A stretch of 64,000 nt of DNA, from positions 2,164,975-2,228,974 of the forward strand of contig OZ242011.1 in the NCBI GenBank assembly GCA_965204755.1, read 5' to 3'. Shown in pieces: positions 43,088 through 52,028 of this stretch. The notes under the pieces were generated by a model. That model was given only the letters and a program-made list of their open reading frames with translations, was not told the origin of the DNA and did not search any database. Position 1 is the first letter of the stretch; each line of letters begins with the position of its first letter. Source of the stretch: Candidatus Marinacidobacterium sp. (lineage in GTDB: Bacteria; Acidobacteriota; Vicinamibacteria; Marinacidobacterales; Marinacidobacteraceae). The position numbers were made by a program, and so were the translations under genes.

Positions 43088-44512
43088 TCAGCGGACCAGC
43101 AGGATTCGATCGTTCACCGGAACGAACCATTCGACGCCGCGCTCGGTGACGACGGCGTCGTCTTCGAGCGGGATCCGCACTTTCGCCCCGCCGAATTCCT
43201 CGGCCTTGGTGTACGCGAAGAGTTCGATCGCGAACATGTTGGACGGACGGATCTCGAACTCGAGCCGCGCGGGGTTGAACCAGGCGATGGAGGGGCCGAT
43301 CCCGTGTCCGAGATTGCCGACCGAGTGGCAGCCGATGGCGATGTCGGTCGTGTCGTCGTCCGTGGGTCGGTTGAACTCGATCACTTGGAAACCGGCTTCT
43401 TCCAGCGAAGCGCCGAGGCGCTCCAGCATCGCGCCGGCGGTCGGCCCCGGCCGGATCGTGCGCCGGATGACTTCCCGGGCGGCGCGGCCGCGGTCGAAGG
43501 CGTTCTGGATTCCCGGGGGCGCGGCGGTTTCGCCGTCGCGGAGGACATAGGCGATGCGCTTCATGTCCGTATAGAAGTTCAGGTAGCCGACGCCCCAATC
43601 GATCATCACCAGGTCGCCGCGCTGGATGATGCGTTCGTTCGAAGTCGCTTCGATGCCGGCGGGCCCGGTGATGTAGATTGAGGGAATGCCGAACGAGGTA
43701 TCGAGCCCGTTCTCGAGCAGTTGCTGTTCGATCCACCAGGCCACATCTTCGAGCGCGGTCACGCCGGGGACGATGACCTCGTTGGAGAAGGCCCGCTCGG
43801 CGATCTTCCGCGCCCACTCGCTCGCCTCGCCGAAGGCGACGATCTCGCTCGCCACGCGGCGCGAGCGGAAGTCGGAGATCAACTTCTCGGCGCTCACCAA
43901 CCGGTCCCGGTACGGCTCGCCGAGCGTTTCCGTGAGATGGAGCCAGGAAGTGTGCGAGAGCCCGTCGGCCGCGCCGATGCTGCGCGACATGTTCACGCCG
44001 ATGCGCTGCGGGTCCCGCTCCCGGACGAACTCGGCGAGGTCGGCGCTGCCGAGGATGCGGTCGTACACCTCGCAGCGCGCCAGTTTGTAGCCGGAGACGC
44101 CGATGGCGACGCGCTCGATCCGGTCGCCGCCCCGGTCCGTGAAGATGTAGTAGCCGGTGGAGCCGATGTAGCCGCGGCCGAGGTCCTCCCACAGCGGGTC
44201 GCGGAGTCCCTCCTTCATCACGGTGATCCACATGTCGATCCCGTTCTCGCGCATCGCCTCGGGCAGGACGAGGTCGAACTTGTCGGCGCGGATGCGGCAC
44301 ATGCGTTCCCAGCGGTTCCGCGCTTCGGTCTTCGCCGCGCCGGGCGCGGGGAAGAGCGCCGGGAGAAGCGCCGCGGCCGCGAGCAGCGGAAGGAGGGTCC
44401 GCCGGCGCCTGCCTCCGGTTCCGGCCGCGTCCCCCCGCCCGCCGGGCCGCGCCGGGCGCGGGGCGGTTTCTCGGCCGGCCGGGCCGGCGTTCCTCGTCAG
44501 GCCGATGTCCAT
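43088..44512 (-). CDS. Secreted M24-family metallopeptidase (Xaa-Pro dipeptidase-like)
   Basis: Arg-rich signal (GRRRRTLLPLL), creatinase-like N-domain, pita-bread core (DLVMIDWGV...HSVGNLGHG...FAIEL). Confidence 0.8.
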   Translation of the reverse strand: MDIGLTRNAGPAGRETAPRPARPGGRGDAAGTGGRRRRTLLPLLAAAALLPALFPAPGAAKTEARNRWERMCRIRADKFDLVLPEAMRENGIDMWITVMKEGLRDPLWEDLGRGYIGSTGYYIFTDRGGDRIERVAIGVSGYKLARCEVYDRILGSADLAEFVRERDPQRIGVNMSRSIGAADGLSHTSWLHLTETLGEPYRDRLVSAEKLISDFRSRRVASEIVAFGEASEWARKIAERAFSNEVIVPGVTALEDVAWWIEQQLLENGLDTSFGIPSIYITGPAGIEATSNERIIQRGDLVMIDWGVGYLNFYTDMKRIAYVLRDGETAAPPGIQNAFDRGRAAREVIRRTIRPGPTAGAMLERLGASLEEAGFQVIEFNRPTDDDTTDIAIGCHSVGNLGHGIGPSIAWFNPARLEFEIRPSNMFAIELFAYTKAEEFGGAKVRIPLEDDAVVTERGVEWFVPVNDRILLVR

Positions 44513-44619
44513 GCGATCTCCCTCCGGAATCGGCGCCGAAGGGTACGCGAAAGGATGCGCTCCCCGGCGAACCCGGGTCGGCCGGCGAGGCCTGCGCCGG
44601 CGACCGGGCGGAAAACCCG

Positions 44620-45138
44620 CTAGTCGGCTTCCGTCGGGTTCGCTTCCTCGTCGGGTGCGGCGCCGTCGGACGGGATGCTGTCGGACGGGACGCCGTCGGA
44701 CGGGACCGGGTTGGCCGTGGGCTCGACCGGCGCTTCGACTGCCTCCGCATCGGCTCCGGCGGCCTCCGCGCCCTCCGTGTCCTCCGGCGCTTCCGGCGCC
44801 GAAGCGTCAGCGGCGCCCTCGGTCCCGGCGGCGGCGCCGTCCTCCGGGGCCGCTCCTTCCGCGTCGGACTCGCCGAACATCCGCGCGAGCGCGGCGCGGG
44901 CCTCTTCCCTGGCGGCCTGCTGGTCCTCCGTCGGTCCGCGCGTGTCTTCCTCGATGATCTGCTCGGCTTCGTGCTTGGCGTACACCTCGATCTTCCCCGC
45001 CTGCATCTCGGCGAGGGCGACCGCGGCCGGGCGGCGCAGCGGGCTGGGGACTCTCGGCGGCGCCCCCTGGATCAGTTGCCGGGCGCGCTGCGCCAGCGCG
45101 TTCACCTGCAGGAAAGGACTCGCCTCTTCGATCTTCAA
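44620..45138 (-). CDS. rpoZ: DNA-directed RNA polymerase subunit omega with a ~100-aa acidic C-terminal extension
   Basis: NALAQRARQLIQGAPP...AVALAEMQAGKI matches the omega core. The remainder is Ala/Glu/Asp/Pro-rich. Confidence 0.8.
   Translation of the reverse strand: MKIEEASPFLQVNALAQRARQLIQGAPPRVPSPLRRPAAVALAEMQAGKIEVYAKHEAEQIIEEDTRGPTEDQQAAREEARAALARMFGESDAEGAAPEDGAAAGTEGAADASAPEAPEDTEGAEAAGADAEAVEAPVEPTANPVPSDGVPSDSIPSDGAAPDEEANPTEAD
44662..44706 (-). repeat. In-frame 15-nt tandem repeat x3 in the rpoZ tail
   Basis: gccgtcggacgggat / gctgtcggacgggac / gccgtcggacgggac on the + strand, encoding (V/I)PSD(G/S) x3. Confidence 0.9.
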
Positions 45139-45286
45139 TCGGGATCTCCTCGCTCCCGACCGCGCATCCCGGTTCTCCGGCGCGGCCGAACCGGGTAGGT
45201 TAGCAGTCCGCGGGGGTACATCGCCAACGGCAACCGGTTTCCGGGAGACGAAGCCGGTCGGCGGAAACGAGGGCCGGGTTCGGCGG

Positions 45287-45841
45287 TCAGGAGGCCGGAC
45301 TCGCGAGCAGCCGGCGGAACACCGCCAGGGACTCCGGCGCCGACCAGTCGCGCGCCCCGATGATGTGGGAGGCCAGCCGGCCGTCGCGCCCGACGATCCA
45401 GGTCTCGGGGTACTGCAGCACTTCGTAGCGGCGGGACACCCGTTTGCCCGGGTCGTGGAGCACCAGGAAGCGAAGGCCGTGCTCGGTTACGAAGGGCTCG
45501 ATGTCTGCGTACCGCTCGTCCACCGAGACCGCCACGACTTCGAGCCCCTCGGGGCCGAGGTCGTCGGCGAGTCGCTGCAGCGAGGGCATTTCGGTCACGC
45601 AGGGCGGGCACCAGGTCGCCCAGAAGTTCAGCACCACGACTTTCCCGACGAAGTCGGAGAGGCGGTGTCGATCCCCGGCGAGGTCCTCGAGTTCGAAGGC
45701 CGGCGCGGGGGCGCCGGCTTCCGGGCTCGGCGGGCGTTCGGCGCACCCGGCGGCGAGGACCGCCGGCAGCAGAGCCATAAGGACGGCGGGCCCGACCGGT
45801 GAACCCGCCGCCGCCGGTCGGCCCGGGGCTCCGCCGCTCAC
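45287..45841 (-). CDS. TlpA/ResA-like thiol:disulfide oxidoreductase lipoprotein
   Basis: Lipobox LAAGC, thioredoxin motif WATWCPPC. The start overlaps the upstream Nudix stop. Confidence 0.85.
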   Translation of the reverse strand: MSGGAPGRPAAAGSPVGPAVLMALLPAVLAAGCAERPPSPEAGAPAPAFELEDLAGDRHRLSDFVGKVVVLNFWATWCPPCVTEMPSLQRLADDLGPEGLEVVAVSVDERYADIEPFVTEHGLRFLVLHDPGKRVSRRYEVLQYPETWIVGRDGRLASHIIGARDWSAPESLAVFRRLLASPAS

Positions 45842-46416
45842 GAGCCCCCTTCTTCCGTCGCGAAGAACCTCCCCAGGGCGGCGAGGGTCTTGGCGTCCTC
45901 GATGTGTCCATGCGGGCCGGTTTCGCCGGCGAGCATTCGCCGCGCCTCCGCGACCGGAACGAGCACCGGGCGCACCGATTCACCCGATTCGGGCGCCGGC
46001 GGGCCGGCGGTGAGCCCCTCGGCCAGGAACACCCGGAGGTATTCGTCGCAGAACCCGGGCGCGGTGAAGAAGGCGCCGAACGGACGGAGTACGGCCGCCC
46101 GGTAACCGGTCTCTTCGGCAAGTTCGCGCGCGGCCGTTTCTTCCGCCGCCTCCCCGGCTTCCCGCGTGCCGGCCGGAATCTCCAGCATCGGCCTCCCCGC
46201 CGCGTAGCGGTACTGCCGCACCATCACGAGCCGGCCGGGGTCGGGCCGCGCCAGGACGGCCACCGCCCCCGGATGCCGTGCGACCTCGCGGCGGGACAGC
46301 GGGCCGTAGCCGCCCTCGCCGTCCGGTTCGCGCACCCGGTCCACCTCCACCCGCAGCAGCCGGCCGCGGAACCGGACCTGGCGATGGAACAGGTCGGCGG
46401 AGGTCGTCGTTCCCAC
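45838..46416 (-). CDS. ADP-ribose pyrophosphatase-type Nudix hydrolase
   Basis: Nudix box PAGTREAGEAAEETAARELAEETG. NudF-like N-terminal beta domain. Confidence 0.8.
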   Translation of the reverse strand: MGTTTSADLFHRQVRFRGRLLRVEVDRVREPDGEGGYGPLSRREVARHPGAVAVLARPDPGRLVMVRQYRYAAGRPMLEIPAGTREAGEAAEETAARELAEETGYRAAVLRPFGAFFTAPGFCDEYLRVFLAEGLTAGPPAPESGESVRPVLVPVAEARRMLAGETGPHGHIEDAKTLAALGRFFATEEGGS

Positions 46417-46547
46417 GGTGCTCGATGGCCTCCCGACCGAACCGGCAGTGTACCGGGGAGGCGGCCCGACGGCGTCCCTGCGGTTTCGGTTCGGAGCGGA
46501 GGAGCGGACCGCTGCGCGACAATGCCGCCCGCTTCGGCGGCCGCTCC

Positions 46548-47792
46548 ATGACCGTTCCCCGCCGGGTCGCCGCCCTCTGCCTCGCGGGCGTTGCGGCCAC
46601 CGCCGGGGCCCAGTCGGATCCCCCGGCCCTCGACGCCGCTCGGGGTGGGCCGTCTCCCTCGATCCTCGACCGGGAGGGCGTCCAGTTCCTGTTCGACTAC
46701 GACTTCGCGGACGCCGACCGGGTGTATCGCCGGTTCTCGGAGGAGTTTCCCGACCACCCGTTCGGGCCGTACAACCGCGCGGCGGTGGTCTGGACCCGGC
46801 TCGCCCAGAGGAGCGGCGGGATGCGGGGCTCCGCCCACCAGGGAGACCGGTACTGGACCCAGACCCGCAAACCGGAAGCCTCCCCCGAAGACATCGCCTC
46901 GTTCGGGCGATTCGCGGAGGAAGCCCTGGCGCGCGCCGAACGCGCTCTCGAATCCGCCCCCGGGGACCTGGAAGTCCGGTACTACCGGGGCGCGACCGAG
47001 GCGCTGCAGTCCGGCTGGAAGATCGTGGTCGAGCGCTCCTACCTCGGCGGCGCCCGCCTGATCCGCCGCGCGGTGGGGCGCCACCGGGACATCCTCGAAG
47101 CCGACTCCGGCTTCGCCGACGCCTACGCCGTGCCCGGCGCCTGGGACTACGGGGTGGCCACGCTGCCGCGGGCGCTCCGGGCGCTGGCGTTCCTCTTCGG
47201 GGTCCGCGGGAACCGCGACCGGGGGCTCGACTGGGTGGAGAAGACCGCGCGGGAAGGACATCGCGCCCGGTGGGGCGCGCTCTGGACCCTGACGGTGCTC
47301 CTGCAGCGGGAGAAGCGGTTCGACGAGGCGCTCGCGGCCCTCGGGACCCTCCGCCGCCGGTTCCCGAGGAACCCGGACTATCCGCTCGAAGAAGCGGCGG
47401 TGCTCGTTTCGCTGAAGGACTACGCCGCCGCGCGGGACGCGGCCGAGGAGTTCCTGCGCCGCCGGGAGGCCGGTTTCGGCAACTACCACCTGGCGGCCGC
47501 CGGCCTGCCCGAACTGCGGCTGGGCGAGTCGCTGCTTTTCGCCGAGGAGTGGGGCGCCGCCGAGCGCGCCCTGACCGAGGGTCTCGCGGCCGAGCCCGTT
47601 TCCGAACTCCGGGCGCTCCTCCACTTCCGCCGCGGGAACGCCCGCGACGGCGGGGGTCTCCGGCGGGCGGCGCTCGGCGACTACCTGCGGGTGGAGCAGT
47701 CGGATGCGGACCCGATCCTCGCGGATTGGGCGGCCGTCCTGCGCCGGGAACCGTGGCCGGCCGGCGCTCCCGCCGGGGCTGCGCCCGAGTAG
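46548..47792 (+). CDS. Secreted TPR-like repeat protein
   Basis: ATG 46548 gives the signal peptide MTVPRRVAALCLAGVAATAGA. The rest is helical-repeat-like. The upstream part of track ORF 46278.. is Arg-rich read-through. Confidence 0.6.
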   Translation: MTVPRRVAALCLAGVAATAGAQSDPPALDAARGGPSPSILDREGVQFLFDYDFADADRVYRRFSEEFPDHPFGPYNRAAVVWTRLAQRSGGMRGSAHQGDRYWTQTRKPEASPEDIASFGRFAEEALARAERALESAPGDLEVRYYRGATEALQSGWKIVVERSYLGGARLIRRAVGRHRDILEADSGFADAYAVPGAWDYGVATLPRALRALAFLFGVRGNRDRGLDWVEKTAREGHRARWGALWTLTVLLQREKRFDEALAALGTLRRRFPRNPDYPLEEAAVLVSLKDYAAARDAAEEFLRRREAGFGNYHLAAAGLPELRLGESLLFAEEWGAAERALTEGLAAEPVSELRALLHFRRGNARDGGGLRRAALGDYLRVEQSDADPILADWAAVLRREPWPAGAPAGAAPE

Positions 47793-47883
47793 GACGCTGC
47801 CGTCCGGGGAGCGCCGACGGCCGGGGAGCGCCGCCGGTCGGGGGCCGCCGCGCGGGCGCCCCCGGCCGAGGGCGGGTCTGTCG

Positions 47884-48690
47884 TTATTCCCCGGCGGCGC
47901 TGTAGGTGAACGAAGCGTCGGCCGTGGCGGATTCGCCGACGGTGACCTGCATCTCCATCTCGCCCAGCCGCTCGTGCCAGACCCCGACCGTGTAGTCGCC
48001 CGGCGGCACATTGCCGATGCTGTACGAACCGTCGGCGGCGCTCACCGAGAAGTACGGGTGGTCGAGTACTCCGGCGTAACTGTTCATCCACCGATGCACA
48101 TCGCACTTGAAGGGCACCATGACTTCGACCTGGTCGAAGGTGCGGGAGGTGCTCATCCCCTGCACCGGCTGTCCGATGTTGAATTCCCGGTTGGCGCTGG
48201 GGGTCGCGTGGATGTTGTGGAGGGTCTGGTCGCTGTTCAGGATCTGGAGTTCCTGCCCCACCTGGATCCCGAGGACATGGGGCACATAGACGCAACCCTC
48301 CTGGTTGAGCGTGACCGGTTCGCTCGGCGTGGGGAAGGACCTGCCTTCGAGTCCGCCCTTGATATAGACGAACGCGTTCTGCAGGCCGCCCTCCATATCC
48401 GTGACGACGAACTCGGTCATGACCGGGGAGTCGTGCATCCGGGCGCAGTTCGGGTCGGCGGCCATCTGGACGGCGTCGGCCGGCGGGGCCTCGCCGTCGA
48501 GCATGATCGCGCCGGTGATCGTCCCGGCGGTCGCCGGGTCCACCGTGGTCATCTCGGCCGCCGGCATGGCGTCCATGGCGTCGTCGGACGAGTCGGAACC
48601 TCCCCCGCCGCAGGCGGCGAGGGCCAGCGCGGCGAGCGCGGCCGGCAGGGCCGCGGGGAACGAGGGCAGGGAGCGGAAACGCTTGGTCAA
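47884..48690 (-). CDS. Lipoprotein with a cupredoxin-like domain and a CarboxypepD_reg-like C-terminal domain
   Basis: TTG 48690 preceded by GGAGG. Lipobox LAACG. Possible type-1 Cu ligands HNIH...CDVHRWM. C-terminal DGSYSIGNVPPGDYTV. Confidence 0.6.
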   Translation of the reverse strand: MTKRFRSLPSFPAALPAALAALALAACGGGGSDSSDDAMDAMPAAEMTTVDPATAGTITGAIMLDGEAPPADAVQMAADPNCARMHDSPVMTEFVVTDMEGGLQNAFVYIKGGLEGRSFPTPSEPVTLNQEGCVYVPHVLGIQVGQELQILNSDQTLHNIHATPSANREFNIGQPVQGMSTSRTFDQVEVMVPFKCDVHRWMNSYAGVLDHPYFSVSAADGSYSIGNVPPGDYTVGVWHERLGEMEMQVTVGESATADASFTYSAAGE

Positions 48691-48958
48691 GTGGGAACCT
48701 CCGTCGGAAAAGTCCTCTGGCCGAATCCCGGGTCCGCCCGGCGGCGGGCCGGCCGAGCGGGAAGGTCCGGGATATCGGCTCGCGGCCGGCCGAAGGAAGA
48801 GGATTCCGACCGCGGGCCGCCGATCCACACGGGCGAAACGCCCGTAAGTCCGCGCAATTCTAGCGGCGCGCGGAGACCGCGCCCCGCCCTTCGTCCTCGA
48901 CTTCGCGGTCGGGTCGGCGGCGCCTCGGGCGGGCGGGCGACCGGAGGGCCGCGGTCAA

Positions 48959-49004
48959 CAGCCTGTGGAGAAAGTCCGGGGAGGGCCTGTCGGCGCGAAG
49001 CGCC
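48959..49004 (+). repeat. 46-nt intergenic element, copy B (upstream of the VWA gene)
   Basis: CAGCCTGTGGAGAAAGTCCGGGGAGGGCCTGTCGGCGCGAAGCGCC. It contains the perfect hairpin GTCGGCGC-GAA-GCGCCGAC. Confidence 0.85.
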
Positions 49005-49079
49005 GACCGGGGAGGGGTGCGGGGAGGGGGTGGCGGGCTGTTGACCGGGGGCGGAGATCGTTAGAGTGAACGGCGCACC

Positions 49080-50036
49080 ATGACGGCCGGCTCCGCCCGC
49101 TCCCGGGCGCCCCGCGGCCGGCTCGCCGGCCGGCTGGTTCTCGCCGGCGCCGCGGCGCTCGTCTCTTGGTCCGGGGCGTCGGCGGCGGGGCAGGAGCGAC
49201 CGGGAAACGATCCGTTCCGGCTCCGGCTCGCCGTTGAGGCGGTGAACCTCGGCGTCGCCGTGACGGACTCCCGCGGACGGTTCGTCTCCGGGCTCACGGA
49301 GGAGAACTTCGTCGTTCGCGAGGACGGCGTGCCGCAGGAGATCAGTTTCTTCGCCAGCGAGGTCGCCCCCCTCGACATCCTGATCCTGCTCGACGCCTCG
49401 CTCAGCATGAGGGCCAGTCTCGACTATGTGAAGGAAGCGGCCTCGATCTTCGTGGATCGGCTCTGGGAAGGCGACCGGGCGATGATCGGCGAGTTCAACG
49501 ACCGCATCCGGTTCGGCGGGGAGTTCACCGACGACCGGAGGCGGCTCACTTCGAGCATCCTGGCGCTGAACCCGCTGGGCGCCACCGCGCTCTACGACGC
49601 CTCGATCCTGGCCCTCGAGCGGCTTCACCGGGCCGACGCGGAGCGGAAGGCGCTGCTCGTCTTCACCGACGGCGACGACTCCCGGATCACCGGTTTCGGC
49701 AGCGAGGCGAGTTCCCGCGACGCCATCGAAGCCGCGCGTCTCACCGAGGCGGCGATCTACGCCATCGGCTTCGAGGGGAACGGGGCGCGCGTCAACAAGC
49801 GGTTCCTGAACCGGTTGACCGAAGAGACGGGCGGCCAGGCGCTCTTCCCGGAACGCACCGGCGACCTCATCGGCAGTTTCGCCCGGATCGAGGAAGACCT
49901 CCACTCCCAGTACCGGCTCGCCTACATCCCGCGGATCGAGCAACGCGACGGGGAGTGGCGGTCCATCGAGGTAACGGTCACCGGCCGGCGCGGCCTCACC
50001 GCCCGCGCGCGCCGCGGCTACTACGCCGATCCGTAG
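49080..50036 (+). CDS. VWA-domain protein (TIGR03436 Acidobacterial VWFA-related type)
   Basis: Signal peptide and MIDAS motif LLDASLSM. N- and C-terminal beta segments as in the TIGR03436 family. Confidence 0.8.
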   Translation: MTAGSARSRAPRGRLAGRLVLAGAAALVSWSGASAAGQERPGNDPFRLRLAVEAVNLGVAVTDSRGRFVSGLTEENFVVREDGVPQEISFFASEVAPLDILILLDASLSMRASLDYVKEAASIFVDRLWEGDRAMIGEFNDRIRFGGEFTDDRRRLTSSILALNPLGATALYDASILALERLHRADAERKALLVFTDGDDSRITGFGSEASSRDAIEAARLTEAAIYAIGFEGNGARVNKRFLNRLTEETGGQALFPERTGDLIGSFARIEEDLHSQYRLAYIPRIEQRDGEWRSIEVTVTGRRGLTARARRGYYADP

Positions 50037-50104
50037 GCTCGGTCCGAGCCCGAGGCGTCTGTCTCGAGTCGCGCTTCCGTTCGGGCCCCGGAGGGGGCCC
50101 CGGT

Positions 50105-50437
50105 TCAGGCCTTCCCGCTCTCCGCGAGCCTCGGGCCGGCGGCGAATCCGGGTCGAGCGGGCGCCGGCGCAGGCGCCGGCGCGGAGGAGCGGCGGCGGGA
50201 CCGCAGGTAGATCGCGGCGAGGGCGCCGAAGACCGCATAGGGCATCAGCAGCAGGAACAGGATCGCGCGGTTGAAGCCGGCGGCGGCCCCCGGGTTCTGC
50301 TCCAGCGCCGTCCGGCACATGGAGCACTGGGCGGACGCGCTCTCGGGCGCCGCCAGCGCGAGCGCCGCGAGGAACGCCGCGGCGAGCAGACCGACCACGC
50401 GCGACCGCGGAAGAGTCGCGCGTCCGACAGCGGTCAT
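50105..50437 (-). CDS. Small membrane protein with a CxxC motif, distal end of the oxidase cluster
   Basis: Signal/anchor, AQCSMCRTALEQNP, then one TM helix and a basic Pro/Ala tail. No family recognised. Confidence 0.4.
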   Translation of the reverse strand: MTAVGRATLPRSRVVGLLAAAFLAALALAAPESASAQCSMCRTALEQNPGAAAGFNRAILFLLLMPYAVFGALAAIYLRSRRRSSAPAPAPAPARPGFAAGPRLAESGKA

Positions 50438-50474
50438 CGGCGGAGCGGAGGGCGGACCCGGGTGGACGGCCCGT

Positions 50475-50777
50475 TCAGGGGAGGCTGCTGGCCAGGATGT
50501 GGAATCCGTCGTAGGCCGGGAGCACGAACATCAGGATGCTGGTCACGAACAGGCCCACGAGCACCGTCAGGATGAGGGTCTTGTGCTCGAACCGCAGGTG
50601 CATGTAGTGGAAGATGATCAGCACTGCCTTGATCCCGGACCCGAGCAGGAGCAGGACCGCCGCCAGCGCGGCCGGCAGGTTCGCTCCCTCGATCGCGATC
50701 ATGAGCAGGGTGGTGGTGAGCAGCACCGCCCACAGGATCCAGTAGAGGCGGTAGGGATGCGCGGATTCGGTGGACAA
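50475..50777 (-). CDS. Prokaryotic cytochrome c oxidase subunit IV family protein
   Basis: TTG 50777 preceded by GGAGG at 6 nt. Three TM helices with IKAVLIIFHYMHLRFE. The upstream part of track ORF 50475..51332 overlaps subunit III. Confidence 0.7.
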   Translation of the reverse strand: MSTESAHPYRLYWILWAVLLTTTLLMIAIEGANLPAALAAVLLLLGSGIKAVLIIFHYMHLRFEHKTLILTVLVGLFVTSILMFVLPAYDGFHILASSLP

Positions 50778-50788
50778 GTGCGGCCTCC

Positions 50789-51394
50789 CTAGACCAGGTA
50801 GAAGAGGGCGAAGACGAAGACCCACACCAGGTCCACGAAGTGCCAGTAGAGGCCGGCGTTCTCCACCCCGGCGGCCGAGTAGCGGCCGAGGGCGGAGCGG
50901 ATCGCCACGACCAGCAGCACGGTCACGCCGGTGAGGACATGGAAGCCGTGGAAGCCGGTGATCACGAAGAAGAACTGGCTGAACACCGGCGAGCCCCAGG
51001 GGTTCGAGTGGAGTCCGCCTCCGTCCTGGATGAAGTGGGCCCACTCGTAGGCCTGCATGCCGAGGAAGCCGAAGCCGCCGAGGATGGTCAGCCACAGGCA
51101 CAGGGTCACGGTCTTCCGCCGCTCGAGTTCGGCGGCGGCCACGGCGCAGGCCATCGTCGCCGACGAACTGATCAGGACGAAGGTCATCGCCGCGATGTAG
51201 GTGAGGCTGAAGACCTCGCTCTGGACCGGCCACGACCCGGTGGCGATGCGCACCACGCCGTAACTCACGAGGAGCCCGGCGAAGAGCAGCGCGTCGGTGA
51301 CGATGAAGAACCACATCATCATCTTCTGCCAAGTCACGCCGAAGGGGCTGGCGGCGCCCCCCCAGTCGGCCCGGGCGATCGCTGTCTGACTCAT
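50789..51394 (-). CDS. ctaE: Cytochrome c oxidase subunit III
   Basis: Heme-copper oxidase subunit III pattern: FFFVITGFHGFHVLTGV, YWHFVDLVWVFVF. Confidence 0.9.
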   Translation of the reverse strand: MSQTAIARADWGGAASPFGVTWQKMMMWFFIVTDALLFAGLLVSYGVVRIATGSWPVQSEVFSLTYIAAMTFVLISSSATMACAVAAAELERRKTVTLCLWLTILGGFGFLGMQAYEWAHFIQDGGGLHSNPWGSPVFSQFFFVITGFHGFHVLTGVTVLLVVAIRSALGRYSAAGVENAGLYWHFVDLVWVFVFALFYLV

Positions 51395-51443
51395 GGGTCC
51401 TCCCGATTCCTTCCCGAATGCGCGTTCGGCGCCGAACGGCTCG

Positions 51444-52028
51444 TTACCCCACCCAGAACAGGACGACGAGCAGGTAGAGCCACAGGCCGCCCACGAAGTG
51501 CCAGTAGATGGCGGTCAGGGTCGGCGCGTCCGATCCTCCGGGCGACAGCCGTCCGAAGACGGCCGCCCCGAAGAGCGCGAGCAGCGCCACGACGCCGGCG
51601 AAGAGGTGCGCGGCGTGCACCCCGGTCAGCACGAAGAAGAAGGAACTCTTCGGCGTGCTCTGGAGATAGAGCCCGGCCCGGTTCAGGGCGTCCCAGGAAA
51701 GGAACTGCCCGACCAGGAACGAGATGCCCAAACCGGCGGTCACCGCGCTCCATCTCCGGAACCCGGCGAGGTCGCCGGCGGCGAACGCCCGGCGGCCGAC
51801 TTCCAGCGCGCCGGAACTCAGGGCGATGAAGGCGGTGCTCAGCCACACGACGGGAGGGATCCCGATCTCCACCCAGTCCGCGCCGCCGCTCCGGACGATG
51901 TACGCGGAAGTGAACGCGGCGAACAGCATGGTGATCGCGCCGAGCCCGACGAACAGGCCCAGCCGGTTCACCTGGCGCCGGTCCGCGGCGCCTTCGGTCC
52001 GGGGCGAAAGCGCCGCCGCTTCGGCCAT
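51444..52028 (-). CDS. Second cytochrome c oxidase subunit III-like protein
   Basis: FFVLTGVHAAHLFAGV, YWHFVGGLWLYLL. ATG 52028 shares one nt with the ctaD stop. Confidence 0.8.
   Translation of the reverse strand: MAEAAALSPRTEGAADRRQVNRLGLFVGLGAITMLFAAFTSAYIVRSGGADWVEIGIPPVVWLSTAFIALSSGALEVGRRAFAAGDLAGFRRWSAVTAGLGISFLVGQFLSWDALNRAGLYLQSTPKSSFFFVLTGVHAAHLFAGVVALLALFGAAVFGRLSPGGSDAPTLTAIYWHFVGGLWLYLLVVLFWVG

Noticed and set aside
47793-47883. Direct repeat CCGGGGAGCGCCG x2 in the convergent spacer after the TPR gene
   Set aside because: It is only 13 nt x2 of GC-rich sequence in a GC-rich spacer, which is compatible with chance or a weak terminator stem. Nothing further supports a function.
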